From NCBI GenBank assembly GCA_965197905.1, contig CBDAOB010000002.1, positions 96,001 to 160,000 of the forward strand: a DNA stretch of 64,000 nucleotides. Direction: 5' to 3'. Source of the stretch: Candidatus Latescibacterota bacterium (lineage in GTDB: Bacteria > Latescibacterota > UBA2968 > UBA8231). A program made the position numbers and the translations under genes. Positions 30,528 to 40,629 of this stretch are shown here, in pieces; the stretch's first letter is position 1; each line of letters begins with the position of its first letter. The notes below the pieces were generated by a model that had not been told where the DNA came from, ran no database searches, and saw nothing but the letters and a program-made list of their open reading frames with translations.

Positions 30528-31384
30528 CTCTTGATGGTTCCGAAGGTGACGCCGCGCAGCAGGTGGCGGCGCACCAGAATGGTGAACACGACGATCGGCG
30601 CCACGAACAACAGCGCCCCGGCGCAGACCTGTGGCCATGGAAGCCCCTGCACATTGCCCTGGAGGCCGGCGAAGTAGACGGGCACGGTCACCGCGTCATG
30701 ATTGTTGAGGGTCATGGCAAAGCCGTACTCGTTCCAGGCGGAGATGAGACAGAACACCGCCGTCACCGCCATGCCCGGCACCGCCCGGGGCAGAACCACC
30801 AGGCGAAAACTCTGCCAGCGGGAATAGCCATCGATCATAGCCGCCTCTTCATACGCCCGCGGAACATCGTCCAGGAACCCTTTCATGAGCCAGACCGCAA
30901 GGGAAAGATTGAACGAGGTGTAGAGCAGGATCAGTCCAAGATGGGTGTTTTGCAGATCGAACTCCCGGTACATCATCAGCACCGGCACCACTACTGCCAG
31001 CGGTGGCAGAAAGCGGGTGGACAGGATGAAGAACAGCCAGTCGCGCGACCCGGGTATGGCAAAGCGGCTGAATCCGTAAGCACAGGAGGTTCCGATGATG
31101 ACGGAGAACAGCGTGCTGCACAAGCCGATGATGACGCTATTGATCAGGTAATCGAAGAAGGTGCGTTTTGTACCGACGTACGCCTCGCCGAGCTTGCCGT
31201 AGCTCTCCAGCGTAGCCTTGAAGTAGATGCTCGACTCAGAAGTATGGGTCAGCGCCGGCAGCAGTTTCGGCTGAATGCTGATGCTGTCGGTCTTGGTCTT
31301 GAACGAGGTCGCCACCATCCACAGCAGCGGCAGGGCAGTCAGCGAGAAGTAGCCGTACAGAAACAGCTGACGCAGTGGTTTCAA
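30524..31384 (-). CDS. Carbohydrate ABC transporter permease (MalG-like)
   Basis: EAA motif YEEAAMIDG; SAWNEY. Confidence 0.92.
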   Translation of the reverse strand: MKPLRQLFLYGYFSLTALPLLWMVATSFKTKTDSISIQPKLLPALTHTSESSIYFKATLESYGKLGEAYVGTKRTFFDYLINSVIIGLCSTLFSVIIGTSCAYGFSRFAIPGSRDWLFFILSTRFLPPLAVVVPVLMMYREFDLQNTHLGLILLYTSFNLSLAVWLMKGFLDDVPRAYEEAAMIDGYSRWQSFRLVVLPRAVPGMAVTAVFCLISAWNEYGFAMTLNNHDAVTVPVYFAGLQGNVQGLPWPQVCAGALLFVAPIVVFTILVRRHLLRGVTFGTIKR

Positions 31385-32283
31385 GACACTACCGCCTCTT
31401 CGCGTTGTTGAAAGCTCGAGAGATAACGCACGAAGACACTGGCCAGGGCGATGACAACCACCAGAACGACGTAGGAGTAGGCGGCCCCGAGACCTACCTT
31501 GCCGTCCCGGAACACAACCTGATAGAGAAGTGCGCTCAGGGTCTGGGTGGCACCGTCATTGGGGCCGGTCACCGCCATCACCAGATCGAACTGCTTGAGG
31601 GCGTCGGTGGCTCTAAAGAGCACGGCAAGACCCAGCAGGGGCGCGCACATGGGTAGGGTAATACTTCGAAACCTGATCCAGGGCCGGGCCCGATCGATAG
31701 AGGCCGCTTCGTAGATGTAAAACGGGATGGAGTTCAGTGCCGCCAGGGAGATCAGCATCATGAACGGGGTCCACATCCAGACATCGACGACCAGCACCGA
31801 GAGAAACTTGAGGTCCGGATCGGTAATCCATTGCGGTTGTGAGAGACCGAGCGCGCCTAGAAGCTGATTCAAGACACCGTAGTTGCCGTTGAGCACCAGC
31901 TTCCAGTAAAGGCCCATCACGGCCTGCGGCAGCATCATCGGAATCAGCAGTGCGGTGAGCAGCAGCCCCTTGCCGCGAATCCGCTCCCGCAACGCCAGCG
32001 CCAGGCCAAAACCTAACAACAGCTCCACGCTCACCGCTAGAAGGACGAAGAGCGCCGTGGTGCGCAGCGCCGCCGCGTATTTGTTGGCGAGGAAGACGAT
32101 GCGGTAGTTGAGACCGCCAACAAGCTGGAAATCGGCGCCAGCAAGCGCGGCATTGGTGAAACTCAGATAGATGCTGTAGAGCAGGGGGAAGATGTTGACG
32201 GCGATGAGAACGACAAGGGCCGGAGCTACGAATCCGTATGACAGGAATTCGCGACTCCGGCCGCTGTTTGAAGCTCTGTCCAA
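31381..32283 (-). CDS. Carbohydrate ABC transporter permease (MalF-like)
   Basis: DVWMWTPF, YEAASIDRA, TGPNDGATQTL; start approximate (TTG). Confidence 0.88.
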   Translation of the reverse strand: MDRASNSGRSREFLSYGFVAPALVVLIAVNIFPLLYSIYLSFTNAALAGADFQLVGGLNYRIVFLANKYAAALRTTALFVLLAVSVELLLGFGLALALRERIRGKGLLLTALLIPMMLPQAVMGLYWKLVLNGNYGVLNQLLGALGLSQPQWITDPDLKFLSVLVVDVWMWTPFMMLISLAALNSIPFYIYEAASIDRARPWIRFRSITLPMCAPLLGLAVLFRATDALKQFDLVMAVTGPNDGATQTLSALLYQVVFRDGKVGLGAAYSYVVLVVVIALASVFVRYLSSFQQREEAVVS

Positions 32284-32288
32284 AATGG

Positions 32289-33590
32289 TTACTTGACCAG
32301 ATCGGCCTGCATCAGAATGAGCTCGTGCTCTTCGGCGATGAGATCGAGTGCTTCCTTCGGGGTCTTTACGCCATCTAATGCTTCGCCGAGATACCGCTGC
32401 GAAACGGCCAGGAGCTCGTTGTAGGCGGGCACGTTCCAGAAATCCCGCACGTAGTTGAGAGAGGCCGCAAACGCCGGGTTGTAGGGCGAGGCCGCGGCGA
32501 ATTCCGGGCTTGCCAGCAGTTCCGTATTCGCTGTAAACGCGCCCGGGTAGGAGATCCACTTCCTCTGTATCTCTCCCTTCTGGAACCAGGCGATAAACTC
32601 CTTGGCCAGGTGCTGCTGGCCCTCGGTAATCTTGGTGGAGATGCTGAAGCCTTGGCCCCCCAGACTGATCGCCCGTCGGCCCCCGTTCCGCGGCACGATG
32701 AAGAAACCCACCTTGTCGCCCATGGCGCTTACGATTCCCGGATAGAACGGGAAATAATCCAGCACCATGGCGGTCGAGCCGTTGAGAAAGACGTCGTTAT
32801 TGTAGAAGTAGTCGGCGCTGTTGCCCCCGGGAGGGGTGAATTGCAGCAGGTCTTTCATGAATGTCAGCCCCGCCACGGCTGCGGCGCTATTCATGTGTCC
32901 CTTTACCTGGAAGGTATTGCGATCGCCCCAGGTGCCGCCCCAGGACCAGAGAAACGGCTGGAATCCCATGGTAATACCGTCGTAGCCGCGGCCCGCAAGA
33001 ATGGAACAACCGTACCGTTTTTCATCCGGTCGATGGAAGAACTCGGCTACCTGACGGAATTCCTGCCATGTGTCCGGAGCATCCAATTCCCGATTGTAGC
33101 GGTTCTTGAAGGCGGCCTGTTCTTCCGGGTTTTCAAACCAATCCCGGCGATAGGCAAAGCCGATGGCGTCGGTCTCGCATGGAGCGGCATAATAGCGCCC
33201 CTCTCGTGCAGGATATTCACAGAGATAGCGCAGCGCCAGAGGGTGCACGCTTTTCAGGTCTACCGCAGTAGGCAGCCAATCGGTCAATTCCAGATACAGC
33301 CCAGCCTCGGCGCCGCGACCGATCCACTGGCTGTCCCCCACGACGATGTCGAAGTCGGTTTGTTTGTTGCCGAAGTTGAGAAAGACCTGGTCGTGATAGG
33401 AGGGCCAGGGAATCTGATGCACGATAACCGCGGTGCCCGTCTCTTTGGTGAACTCCTTGGAAAGCTCCTGCAGAGCGGCTGCCGGGTCCCATTGGGCCCA
33501 CCAGATCGTTATGGATTCAGCGGGCGCTGAACGCGCGCCCATGAGCAGGTGCGCCGCAATCAGGGCTAGAGCTGTGCGTCGCGACGTCAT
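32289..33590 (-). CDS. Sugar ABC transporter substrate-binding protein
   Basis: Signal peptide; ITIWWAQWDPA, DIVVGDSQW, YRRDWF, PDTWQE, LGGQG. Confidence 0.9.
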   Translation of the reverse strand: MTSRRTALALIAAHLLMGARSAPAESITIWWAQWDPAAALQELSKEFTKETGTAVIVHQIPWPSYHDQVFLNFGNKQTDFDIVVGDSQWIGRGAEAGLYLELTDWLPTAVDLKSVHPLALRYLCEYPAREGRYYAAPCETDAIGFAYRRDWFENPEEQAAFKNRYNRELDAPDTWQEFRQVAEFFHRPDEKRYGCSILAGRGYDGITMGFQPFLWSWGGTWGDRNTFQVKGHMNSAAAVAGLTFMKDLLQFTPPGGNSADYFYNNDVFLNGSTAMVLDYFPFYPGIVSAMGDKVGFFIVPRNGGRRAISLGGQGFSISTKITEGQQHLAKEFIAWFQKGEIQRKWISYPGAFTANTELLASPEFAAASPYNPAFAASLNYVRDFWNVPAYNELLAVSQRYLGEALDGVKTPKEALDLIAEEHELILMQADLVK

Positions 33591-33846
33591 ATGCTACATC
33601 TCCTGTTCATAAGTCATCAGATGGATAACGCCGCACCCGATTCTACGCGAGAGCGCGAGGCGCGGCAGCAGAAGATAACCTCCCCAAGCGCGTCGTCCAG
33701 CAATGTTCTCTACAGATGAGTTTAGGGGTTTGACCCAGGAGCCTGAGTGGCGGAAAGCGCTTGTCGTGTCCAGTTTATCCAGCCGCGCTGAACGGCAGAC
33801 ATGGTCGACGCGACGAACCAATTGAAAGAAAGAGGGGAACAATTTC

Positions 33847-34680
33847 ATGGGCGATCTGCAGTTGGTCGAGGAAGACCTGCGTTTCAAATTCTACCACAAC
33901 GGGCAGTTCTGTCTGGCGTACAACAAGGGATTCAAGGATCTCGGCGATTTCTATCTGTCGCGTCCGAATTTCTTCCCGGTCTATTCTCCCAGTGGTCGAC
34001 CGGTCACCACCAATTGCGCCTATCGGTACAACCACCACAAATCGATCTTCATCGGGCATGCCAAGGTCAACGGCATCAACTTCTTTCACGACAATAACCA
34101 CGTGCGGGACGACCTGGGTGACGTGTTGCTGCAAAGCCACGAGAGCAGTACGACCGGGTCCAGCATCGAGCTCAGAACGAAAAACGACTGGACCACAAAA
34201 GCGGGTGCGCTCTTCCTAAAGGAGGATCGCAACATCGTCTGGACCCCAGGTGACCAGGTCCACGTGCTGGACATTTCCAGCAGCCTCGTGTCGCAGATCG
34301 GCGACATCGTCTTCGAGAAAGATAACCACTCTTATATCGGTATTCGCGTCGCCGACAGCATGGATGTGGAGGATGGGGGACGCGTGGTCAACTCGAGGGG
34401 TCAGGTGAATGAAGAGGAAGCGATGGGTGAGTCCGCCGACTGGCTGGACTACAGCGGAACGGTGGTGGACAAACCAGTCGGCGTTACCCTCATACCCCAT
34501 CCCGCCAACCCGCCGTCTTCTTTCTTCGTGCGCAACTACGGCACCATATTGTCTAACTTCGCCTACAGCGGACCATATACCTTGAAGGAAGACGACACCC
34601 TGCTGCAACGGTTCCGCATCCTGGTGCACGAGGGCTCCGCGGACGACGTTGATATCAATAACTATCTGCAGAAGAACTGA
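33847..34680 (+). CDS. PmoA-family/DUF6807-like protein (paralogue of 17234..18040)
   Basis: RPNFFPVYSPSGRPVT, YNHHKSIF, IGIRVADSM, WLDYSG, FFVRNYG. Confidence 0.78.
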   Translation: MGDLQLVEEDLRFKFYHNGQFCLAYNKGFKDLGDFYLSRPNFFPVYSPSGRPVTTNCAYRYNHHKSIFIGHAKVNGINFFHDNNHVRDDLGDVLLQSHESSTTGSSIELRTKNDWTTKAGALFLKEDRNIVWTPGDQVHVLDISSSLVSQIGDIVFEKDNHSYIGIRVADSMDVEDGGRVVNSRGQVNEEEAMGESADWLDYSGTVVDKPVGVTLIPHPANPPSSFFVRNYGTILSNFAYSGPYTLKEDDTLLQRFRILVHEGSADDVDINNYLQKN

Positions 34681-34700
34681 GTCGCGCAATCGGAGGTCTC

Positions 34701-35642
34701 ATGGCTATCGCGAACACCATTCGTTATCGCGACGACGGCAGCATCGATCTCGTGGACGAGAAGGTATCCAATCCTGGTTCCGGCGAGATCCAGGTGCAGG
34801 GTGGGGTATGCGGCATCTGTTCGTGGGACATAGTTACGGCCCGTCTTGGCAAGGAGATGGTACCCAAGGCGCCACCGGGGCATGAAGGCATGGGATACGT
34901 GGCGAAACTGGGCGCCGGCGTCTCCGGTTTCAAGGAAGGAGACCGGGTTGCCGGCGGCGGATTCTCGCGCTTGAGAAATCTGGATGCCGGTAGTGTTGCA
35001 AGGATACCCGATTCCGACATCCCCGATGAGCAGTGGATCGTCGAGCCGGTTTCTTGCGCAATTACCGGGCTGGATCACTGCCGCATTCAACCGGGACACC
35101 GAATAGCACTGGTCGGCTGCGGCTTTATGGGTCTATTGATACTGCAAGGGTTACTCAACCACCCCCTGGGCGAGCTGGTGGTTCTGGATATCAATGCCGA
35201 ACGGCTCGCGCTGGCACGCCGCCTTGGCGCCCGCGAGGCCCACGACCTCTCCCAGGCCGATATCGCAGACTTGAGCCAGGAACTCCAAGCACGGGAGTTC
35301 GACGTCGTGGTGGATGCGTCCGGCGTGCAATCCGGCCTCGACCTCGCCAGCGACATCGTCCGGAAGGGTGGAACCATCAATCTGTTCGGTTGGATCAAGG
35401 GACAAAACGCCCACTTCGATCCGTCCAAGTGGCATATGGGAGGGTTTACGGTGGTGAACTCATCACCATCGTCGCGGTTGCGGCCTACGTTTCCCACCGC
35501 CGTCGAGCTCATCCACCGGGGCATATTTAAGCTCGATCCCCTCGTCACACATGTCGTCGGGCTCCAGGAATACCCGTCACTCATGCGGCAGATTCTGGCG
35601 GGGGACGAGAGTTACATCAAGGGTGTTGTGAAGCTCGACTGA
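34701..35642 (+). CDS. Zn-binding (MDR) dehydrogenase lacking the structural Zn loop
   Basis: GICSWD, GHE, EPVSC, GCGFMG, LVTH. Confidence 0.85.
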   Translation: MAIANTIRYRDDGSIDLVDEKVSNPGSGEIQVQGGVCGICSWDIVTARLGKEMVPKAPPGHEGMGYVAKLGAGVSGFKEGDRVAGGGFSRLRNLDAGSVARIPDSDIPDEQWIVEPVSCAITGLDHCRIQPGHRIALVGCGFMGLLILQGLLNHPLGELVVLDINAERLALARRLGAREAHDLSQADIADLSQELQAREFDVVVDASGVQSGLDLASDIVRKGGTINLFGWIKGQNAHFDPSKWHMGGFTVVNSSPSSRLRPTFPTAVELIHRGIFKLDPLVTHVVGLQEYPSLMRQILAGDESYIKGVVKLD

Positions 35643-35700
35643 CGATTCCGCAGATCACTGGTGGCGGGGACCCCCGAGGTTATGCGCCGGTCTCCGAGCA

Positions 35701-36456
35701 CTAACTGACGTAGAGCCGATTCTCCGCTTCGAGAGTCAGCCTTTCTGAATAGTGATACACCGGTAGATCGTTCCCCGACTCAGCACCTGGCGGGCGCGCA
35801 GACGTAGGCACTTCAATCACGAAATCGGCGAAATGGGGGGCGTTGAAAGCCACAAACGCCAGCTGAAGACCGTCCACCAGGCGCTCCTGCTTCCCTGACA
35901 AATCGGGAAACAGAATCGGACCCGTGTCGACCTGGTAGATTTCGCCCTCGCGGTTCTCGTCCGGGCGATGCTGCTCTATCCGTCGGCAGGTGTTCATCGT
36001 CTTTACGGGGTATTCGATGGTGGCGCGCAGCTGGGTTGCCGAATTGCGAATATCGGTTTGCGCGACGATGGGCAACATGCCTCGCGTTGCTTCCAGAACC
36101 TCTCGGGGTCCATCGAGGAATCGACAAGTCGTGCCCTCCACGAGGTGGTATCGCGGGCCGTCCCACATCTCCTCGGTCTTCAGAACTGACCTGTAGTTTT
36201 CATTGAGCCAGGCCCGGCGGCGAAAGTAGATACCGAATTCGGTGCCGAACACCGGCAAGAAATCGTAATTGTCATCAATAAACAGATCGCTTTCTCCGAA
36301 GGTGTTCTCGCTCTTGCACGAAGCACACTGCACGTACTCCTCGCTCGCGCCGGTTTTCTCATCCACGATACGCGTCCGCGATTCCACCCAAAAGCGCACC
36401 TCGTTTCCGGGGGCGGTACCGATTATGAAAGAGCGGCCGTAATCCAGTGGGTTCAT
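35701..36456 (-). CDS. Hypothetical protein
   Basis: 251-aa ORF with RBS AAGGGAG, 12 nt downstream of the GGT gene; contains QCASCKSE. Confidence 0.75.
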   Translation of the reverse strand: MNPLDYGRSFIIGTAPGNEVRFWVESRTRIVDEKTGASEEYVQCASCKSENTFGESDLFIDDNYDFLPVFGTEFGIYFRRRAWLNENYRSVLKTEEMWDGPRYHLVEGTTCRFLDGPREVLEATRGMLPIVAQTDIRNSATQLRATIEYPVKTMNTCRRIEQHRPDENREGEIYQVDTGPILFPDLSGKQERLVDGLQLAFVAFNAPHFADFVIEVPTSARPPGAESGNDLPVYHYSERLTLEAENRLYVS

Positions 36457-36468
36457 GGAACGCTCCCT

Positions 36469-38265
36469 TTACCAGCCCATGGCATAGGCGATTCGACGTC
36501 GCGAGGTGGCACCGCCCGATATCATGCCACTTTCCACGTCGATGTGAATTCCCATCGATTTGCCGGCCGACCAGCCATCCACCACGTCCACCTGGTGTCC
36601 CCGTTTTTCAAGCTCGGAGATGGTGGCAGCCGCGATCCGGTCCTCTGCCACCATTCTGCCGGGATACGCCTGCCGCGGATAGAACGAGGATGGGAAGTGG
36701 GTCGAGTACACAGCGGGTGCATCCAGCGCCTCCTGAATATTCATTCCGAACACGGCAAAGTTCAGAAAGAACTCCAAGGTCACCTGGTCCTGTGTGTCAC
36801 CGCCTGGAGTGCCAAACGCCATGTAAGGTTCGCCGTTGCGGGTAACGATACTAGGGGTCAGGGTCGCCCGCGGCCGTTTCCTCGGCTCGAGTGCGTTCGG
36901 ACGATCGGGGTTCAGATAAAACATCTGCCCTCGCGTGCCGATGGGGAAGCCGAGTCCTTTGATCGCCGGTGACGAACCGAGCCAGCCGCCGCTGGGTGTC
37001 GCAGCCACCATGTTGCCCTCGGCGTCGATGGCGTCCAGATGCGTGGTATCGCTCACGTGGGCGTGACCCAGACCCAAGTCGCGCACATCCCGTGCATCCA
37101 CGTTCAGGGCGAGGCGATTGTTCTCGGCTACATCACCGATTGCATACTCGGGAATTCCGTTGCCCACGTCCCCCGGTCGCATCTCGGCAGACGCGTCGGT
37201 ACCGACCAGTTGGCGCCGTGCTTCATTATATGAGGCGCTGAGGAGTGTATCGAACGGCACATCGTCGAAGAGCGGATCGCCGTAATACGCTTCGCGATCG
37301 GCAAAAGCGAGCTTAGCACATTCGATGTAGGTGTGGATGTAGTCTGTGGAGTTATGCCCGAGCGCAGCCAGATCGAAGCCGTCGAGCAAGGCCAACTGCT
37401 GGAGGAAGACGGGCCCTTGGGTCCAGCTGGAGCACTTGTGGGCCTCGAGGCCGGAATAATTGTAGCTCACCGGCTTCTCCACCGTGGCGTGCCACTCCGC
37501 CATATCCTCGGCGCTCAGCAGTCCCGTGTGAGCCTTACCGCTGGCATCTTCCACCGGATTGTTGCTGATGAATTCGAGGATCCTGTCGGCGATCTCTCCT
37601 TTGTAGAAAACGTCTCGCGCAGCTTCGATGCCGGCGACGCGGCTTTTGCCGCAGGCCGCTTCCGCGGCACCCATCTTCTTGAGACTGTTGGCCCAATCCG
37701 GATTGCGCACGAGGCTGCCGACCTCGGGCACCTTGCCTCCCGGGCAGTAGATTTCGCCCGTGGTCGGGTAGAGCTCGGTGAATTTCTTCAGGCCGTTGGA
37801 CAGGGAACTCCGAAGCTCCTCGTAGAGCGCGTAGCCGTCTTCGGCCAGATCGATGGCCGGCTGCAGCACCTGCGAAAAGGTGAGCTTGCCGTAGTGGGCA
37901 ACCGCCGTCGCCCAGGTGTCTACCGGCGCGGGAACGCATGCAGGCAAGTACCCGTCGCCAGGAACCAGGTCGATGCCGTGCTCCCGGCACCAATCGATGG
38001 TGAAAGCTTGCGGCGACCAGCCCATGCCGCTTACCGCCACCGTCTTCTTTTCCTTGGCGACGTAGATCAGGGTCGGAACGTCGCCGCCGATCCCATTGGA
38101 TTGGGGTTCCAGGATATTGAGGCAAAACGACATGGCTGCCGCCGCGTCGACGGCATTGCCTCCCTGTTCCATGATGCGAAAGCCGGCTGCGGTAGCCAGA
38201 TAATGACCGGCCGCCACAACACCACGACGACCACGAATTACCGGGCGTAACGAATGGTTGGGCAA
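36469..38265 (-). CDS. Gamma-glutamyltransferase family Ntn hydrolase (YwrD-like)
   Basis: GGNAVDAA, NGIGGD, KLAFADREAYYGDP, DTTH nucleophile site, FGTPGGD. Confidence 0.92.
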   Translation of the reverse strand: MPNHSLRPVIRGRRGVVAAGHYLATAAGFRIMEQGGNAVDAAAAMSFCLNILEPQSNGIGGDVPTLIYVAKEKKTVAVSGMGWSPQAFTIDWCREHGIDLVPGDGYLPACVPAPVDTWATAVAHYGKLTFSQVLQPAIDLAEDGYALYEELRSSLSNGLKKFTELYPTTGEIYCPGGKVPEVGSLVRNPDWANSLKKMGAAEAACGKSRVAGIEAARDVFYKGEIADRILEFISNNPVEDASGKAHTGLLSAEDMAEWHATVEKPVSYNYSGLEAHKCSSWTQGPVFLQQLALLDGFDLAALGHNSTDYIHTYIECAKLAFADREAYYGDPLFDDVPFDTLLSASYNEARRQLVGTDASAEMRPGDVGNGIPEYAIGDVAENNRLALNVDARDVRDLGLGHAHVSDTTHLDAIDAEGNMVAATPSGGWLGSSPAIKGLGFPIGTRGQMFYLNPDRPNALEPRKRPRATLTPSIVTRNGEPYMAFGTPGGDTQDQVTLEFFLNFAVFGMNIQEALDAPAVYSTHFPSSFYPRQAYPGRMVAEDRIAAATISELEKRGHQVDVVDGWSAGKSMGIHIDVESGMISGGATSRRRIAYAMGW

Positions 38266-38448
38266 AATCGCCTCCGTTTCGTTTCAATAATGTCAAAGCG
38301 AAAACTCGGACACACTGCGATCGCCGAAGCCAACCCGATCTCTGAAGGCCGCGAAAGCAAGCAACAATAAACTCGACCTCGTCGTACGCGGTCAAGCGGC
38401 CTGCCTCGTCTGCAGCCGCTGAGCTACGTGCTGCGCCGGGCCGCCGGA

Positions 38449-39531
38449 CTAGGGCTGGTTGGCGGTGGTTGAGGCTGACGCGTCGCGGTTCATCACCTTC
38501 CGTTCAAGATCCAGCAGATACCGTTTGCGCCAGACGCCGCCTCCGTATCCTGTCAGGTCGCCATTCTTGGCGATCACGCGGTGACAGGGAATCAGGATGG
38601 ATATCCGGTTATCGCCGTTGGCCCGCGCCACGGCTCGGACGGCGCGTCGGTTTCCGAGTGCCGCGGCCTGCTGCTCGTAGGAGCGGGTTGCGCCGAAAGG
38701 GATCGTGCGCAGAGTTTCCCAGACCTGTGTCTGAAACTCCGTGCCCTCCAGAATGAGAGGCAGGTCGAATTCCGTTCTCGTCCCCGCGAAATACTCCTCC
38801 ATCTGCTTGCTCAAATCCTCGCCTTGTGGTAGGGGACCGGTGACACACGGGGCTTTTAGACGTGTCTGCACTCGCTTTATCTGGGTCTCCAGCATGGGCC
38901 GGTCGGCGAACTCGAGCAGACAGAGACCCGCTTCGGTTGCGCCTGCCACCATCGGTCCCAGAGGAGTGGGAATCCTGGTGATCAAAATGACCTCGCTTTT
39001 CGAGCTCCGCGACGGTACGAACCCCGTGGTCTTCTTGAACGACTCGTTGAAACCGCTCAGGGATTCGTACCCCGCATCGAACGCCGAGCCCGTGACCCCC
39101 CTTCCCTTCTTGATACTGCCGAAAGCGGTGTTGATCCGCAGCGATCTCAGGTAGGCCTGAAACGTGATCCCGTGATGCTTGGAGAACCACCTCCGTGCGC
39201 GGACCGGATCGATGCCTCTGGAGCGCAGGTCGGCGTCTTTCATCACCAGATTGGGGGTCCGCTCGACCTCGTTCAGCAACTCGCTCAGCCAGGCGGGGAC
39301 ATCGCCGTGCAGCTGCATGGGATGGCATACTTTGCAGGGCCGGTAGCCGTCTGACAGAGCCTCTTTGGTGGAGGTGAAGTACTCGACATTCTCCATCTTG
39401 GGCTTTCTGGCGCTGCAGGTGGGTCTGCAAAATATTCCCGTCGTCTTGACGCCGATGATGAAGGTGCCCTCGAATGTGCTGTCTCGTTTCAGCAGCGCCT
39501 CGTACATGGTATTTTCGTCCGGTAGTCCCAC
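38449..39531 (-). CDS. ada: Bifunctional Ada: Zn-binding/AraC regulator plus O6-methylguanine methyltransferase
   Basis: TTGIFCRPTC, YRPCKVC, GYESLSGF, IPCHRV. Confidence 0.93.
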   Translation of the reverse strand: MGLPDENTMYEALLKRDSTFEGTFIIGVKTTGIFCRPTCSARKPKMENVEYFTSTKEALSDGYRPCKVCHPMQLHGDVPAWLSELLNEVERTPNLVMKDADLRSRGIDPVRARRWFSKHHGITFQAYLRSLRINTAFGSIKKGRGVTGSAFDAGYESLSGFNESFKKTTGFVPSRSSKSEVILITRIPTPLGPMVAGATEAGLCLLEFADRPMLETQIKRVQTRLKAPCVTGPLPQGEDLSKQMEEYFAGTRTEFDLPLILEGTEFQTQVWETLRTIPFGATRSYEQQAAALGNRRAVRAVARANGDNRISILIPCHRVIAKNGDLTGYGGGVWRKRYLLDLERKVMNRDASASTTANQP

Positions 39532-39736
39532 GATCTTCCTCTTTCTCCTAGTGAGCTTCTTCCTTGGGCGATAGAAACATAAGGGGCAGTGCCGCCCCCC
39601 ACTACCGGGAAATGGACAATCAATTCAGATTTCTTGCGGTATCGCGATGGCCAGGGCAGACACGCTTGTCCGCTCTGCTGTTTTTGTCCTGATTCTGGCC
39701 TCGATCTCTATTTTCATTCTCAACAGGTGAGCACAT

Positions 39737-40558
39737 ATGTCAAGGTACTGTTTTAACACGAGCACCATTCGGAACTGTGGTTTGAGTCTCCAGGAAGAGA
39801 TCGCGCTGACAGCGGAGGTCGGGTACGGGGCCATCGAATTGTGGGTCACCCAGATCGATACCTATCTGGATGAGGGGGGTAGTCTGGGGGAGTTGAGAGA
39901 CCTGGCCGATCGCAGCAAGCTGCAGATTGCGAACCTCATCGCCTTTCCACAATGGGCCAGTCCCGACGCGGGGCAGCGCAAAGCTGCGCTCGAAGAAGCC
40001 GTGGGCATCTTCGAGACCGCACAGACGTTGGGGTGTCCCTATGTGGCTGCTCCGCCGGCCGGTCTGACCGACCGTGGAGACATCCCGCCGAGCGATCTCG
40101 CGGACCGCTATCGGGAACTGCTGACGGCGACGGCGCATCTGCCGGCCGTGCCGCTGCTGGAGTTCTGGGGTCACTCACAAACGCTCGGATCTCTCAGTGA
40201 AGCGCTAGAGATTCTGAAGATTCTTGACGATCCAGAGGTTCTTCTGCTGGCCGATGTCTTCCACATGTCCAAGACGCCCGGCAGCACCGAACTGCTGCGC
40301 GAGCTCGAAGGATCACAGTTGGGACTATTCCATGTCAACGACTACCCGCAGACCGACGATATTGGGCAGCTGACCGATGCCCAGAGGGTCTATCCCGGCG
40401 ATGGTGTGGCTCCGCTCGCGCAAATATTCGAGACCTTGCGGCAAATCGGCTACACCGGGTTCTACTCGCTGGAGCTCTTCAACCAGGAGTACGAAGCCGA
40501 CGGCGCGGCCCGCGTTTCCGGGACGGGCTTATCCAAAATGAAACGAGTCTTGCAGTGA
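39737..40558 (+). CDS. Sugar phosphate isomerase/epimerase TIM barrel (IolI-like)
   Basis: LEFWG, ADVFH, FHVND, RVYPGDG, SLELFN. Confidence 0.85.
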   Translation: MSRYCFNTSTIRNCGLSLQEEIALTAEVGYGAIELWVTQIDTYLDEGGSLGELRDLADRSKLQIANLIAFPQWASPDAGQRKAALEEAVGIFETAQTLGCPYVAAPPAGLTDRGDIPPSDLADRYRELLTATAHLPAVPLLEFWGHSQTLGSLSEALEILKILDDPEVLLLADVFHMSKTPGSTELLRELEGSQLGLFHVNDYPQTDDIGQLTDAQRVYPGDGVAPLAQIFETLRQIGYTGFYSLELFNQEYEADGAARVSGTGLSKMKRVLQ

Positions 40559-40629
40559 CGCGGAGGCCGCACGTGTCATGTGCACACGTTCGGAGGCACC
40601 TGCAAGAGGCGTGGGACGGGGCCAACGAG

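Noticed and set aside
39595..39625. Possible Ada-binding site upstream of ada
   Set aside because: Cannot be matched confidently to a defined consensus without a comparative alignment
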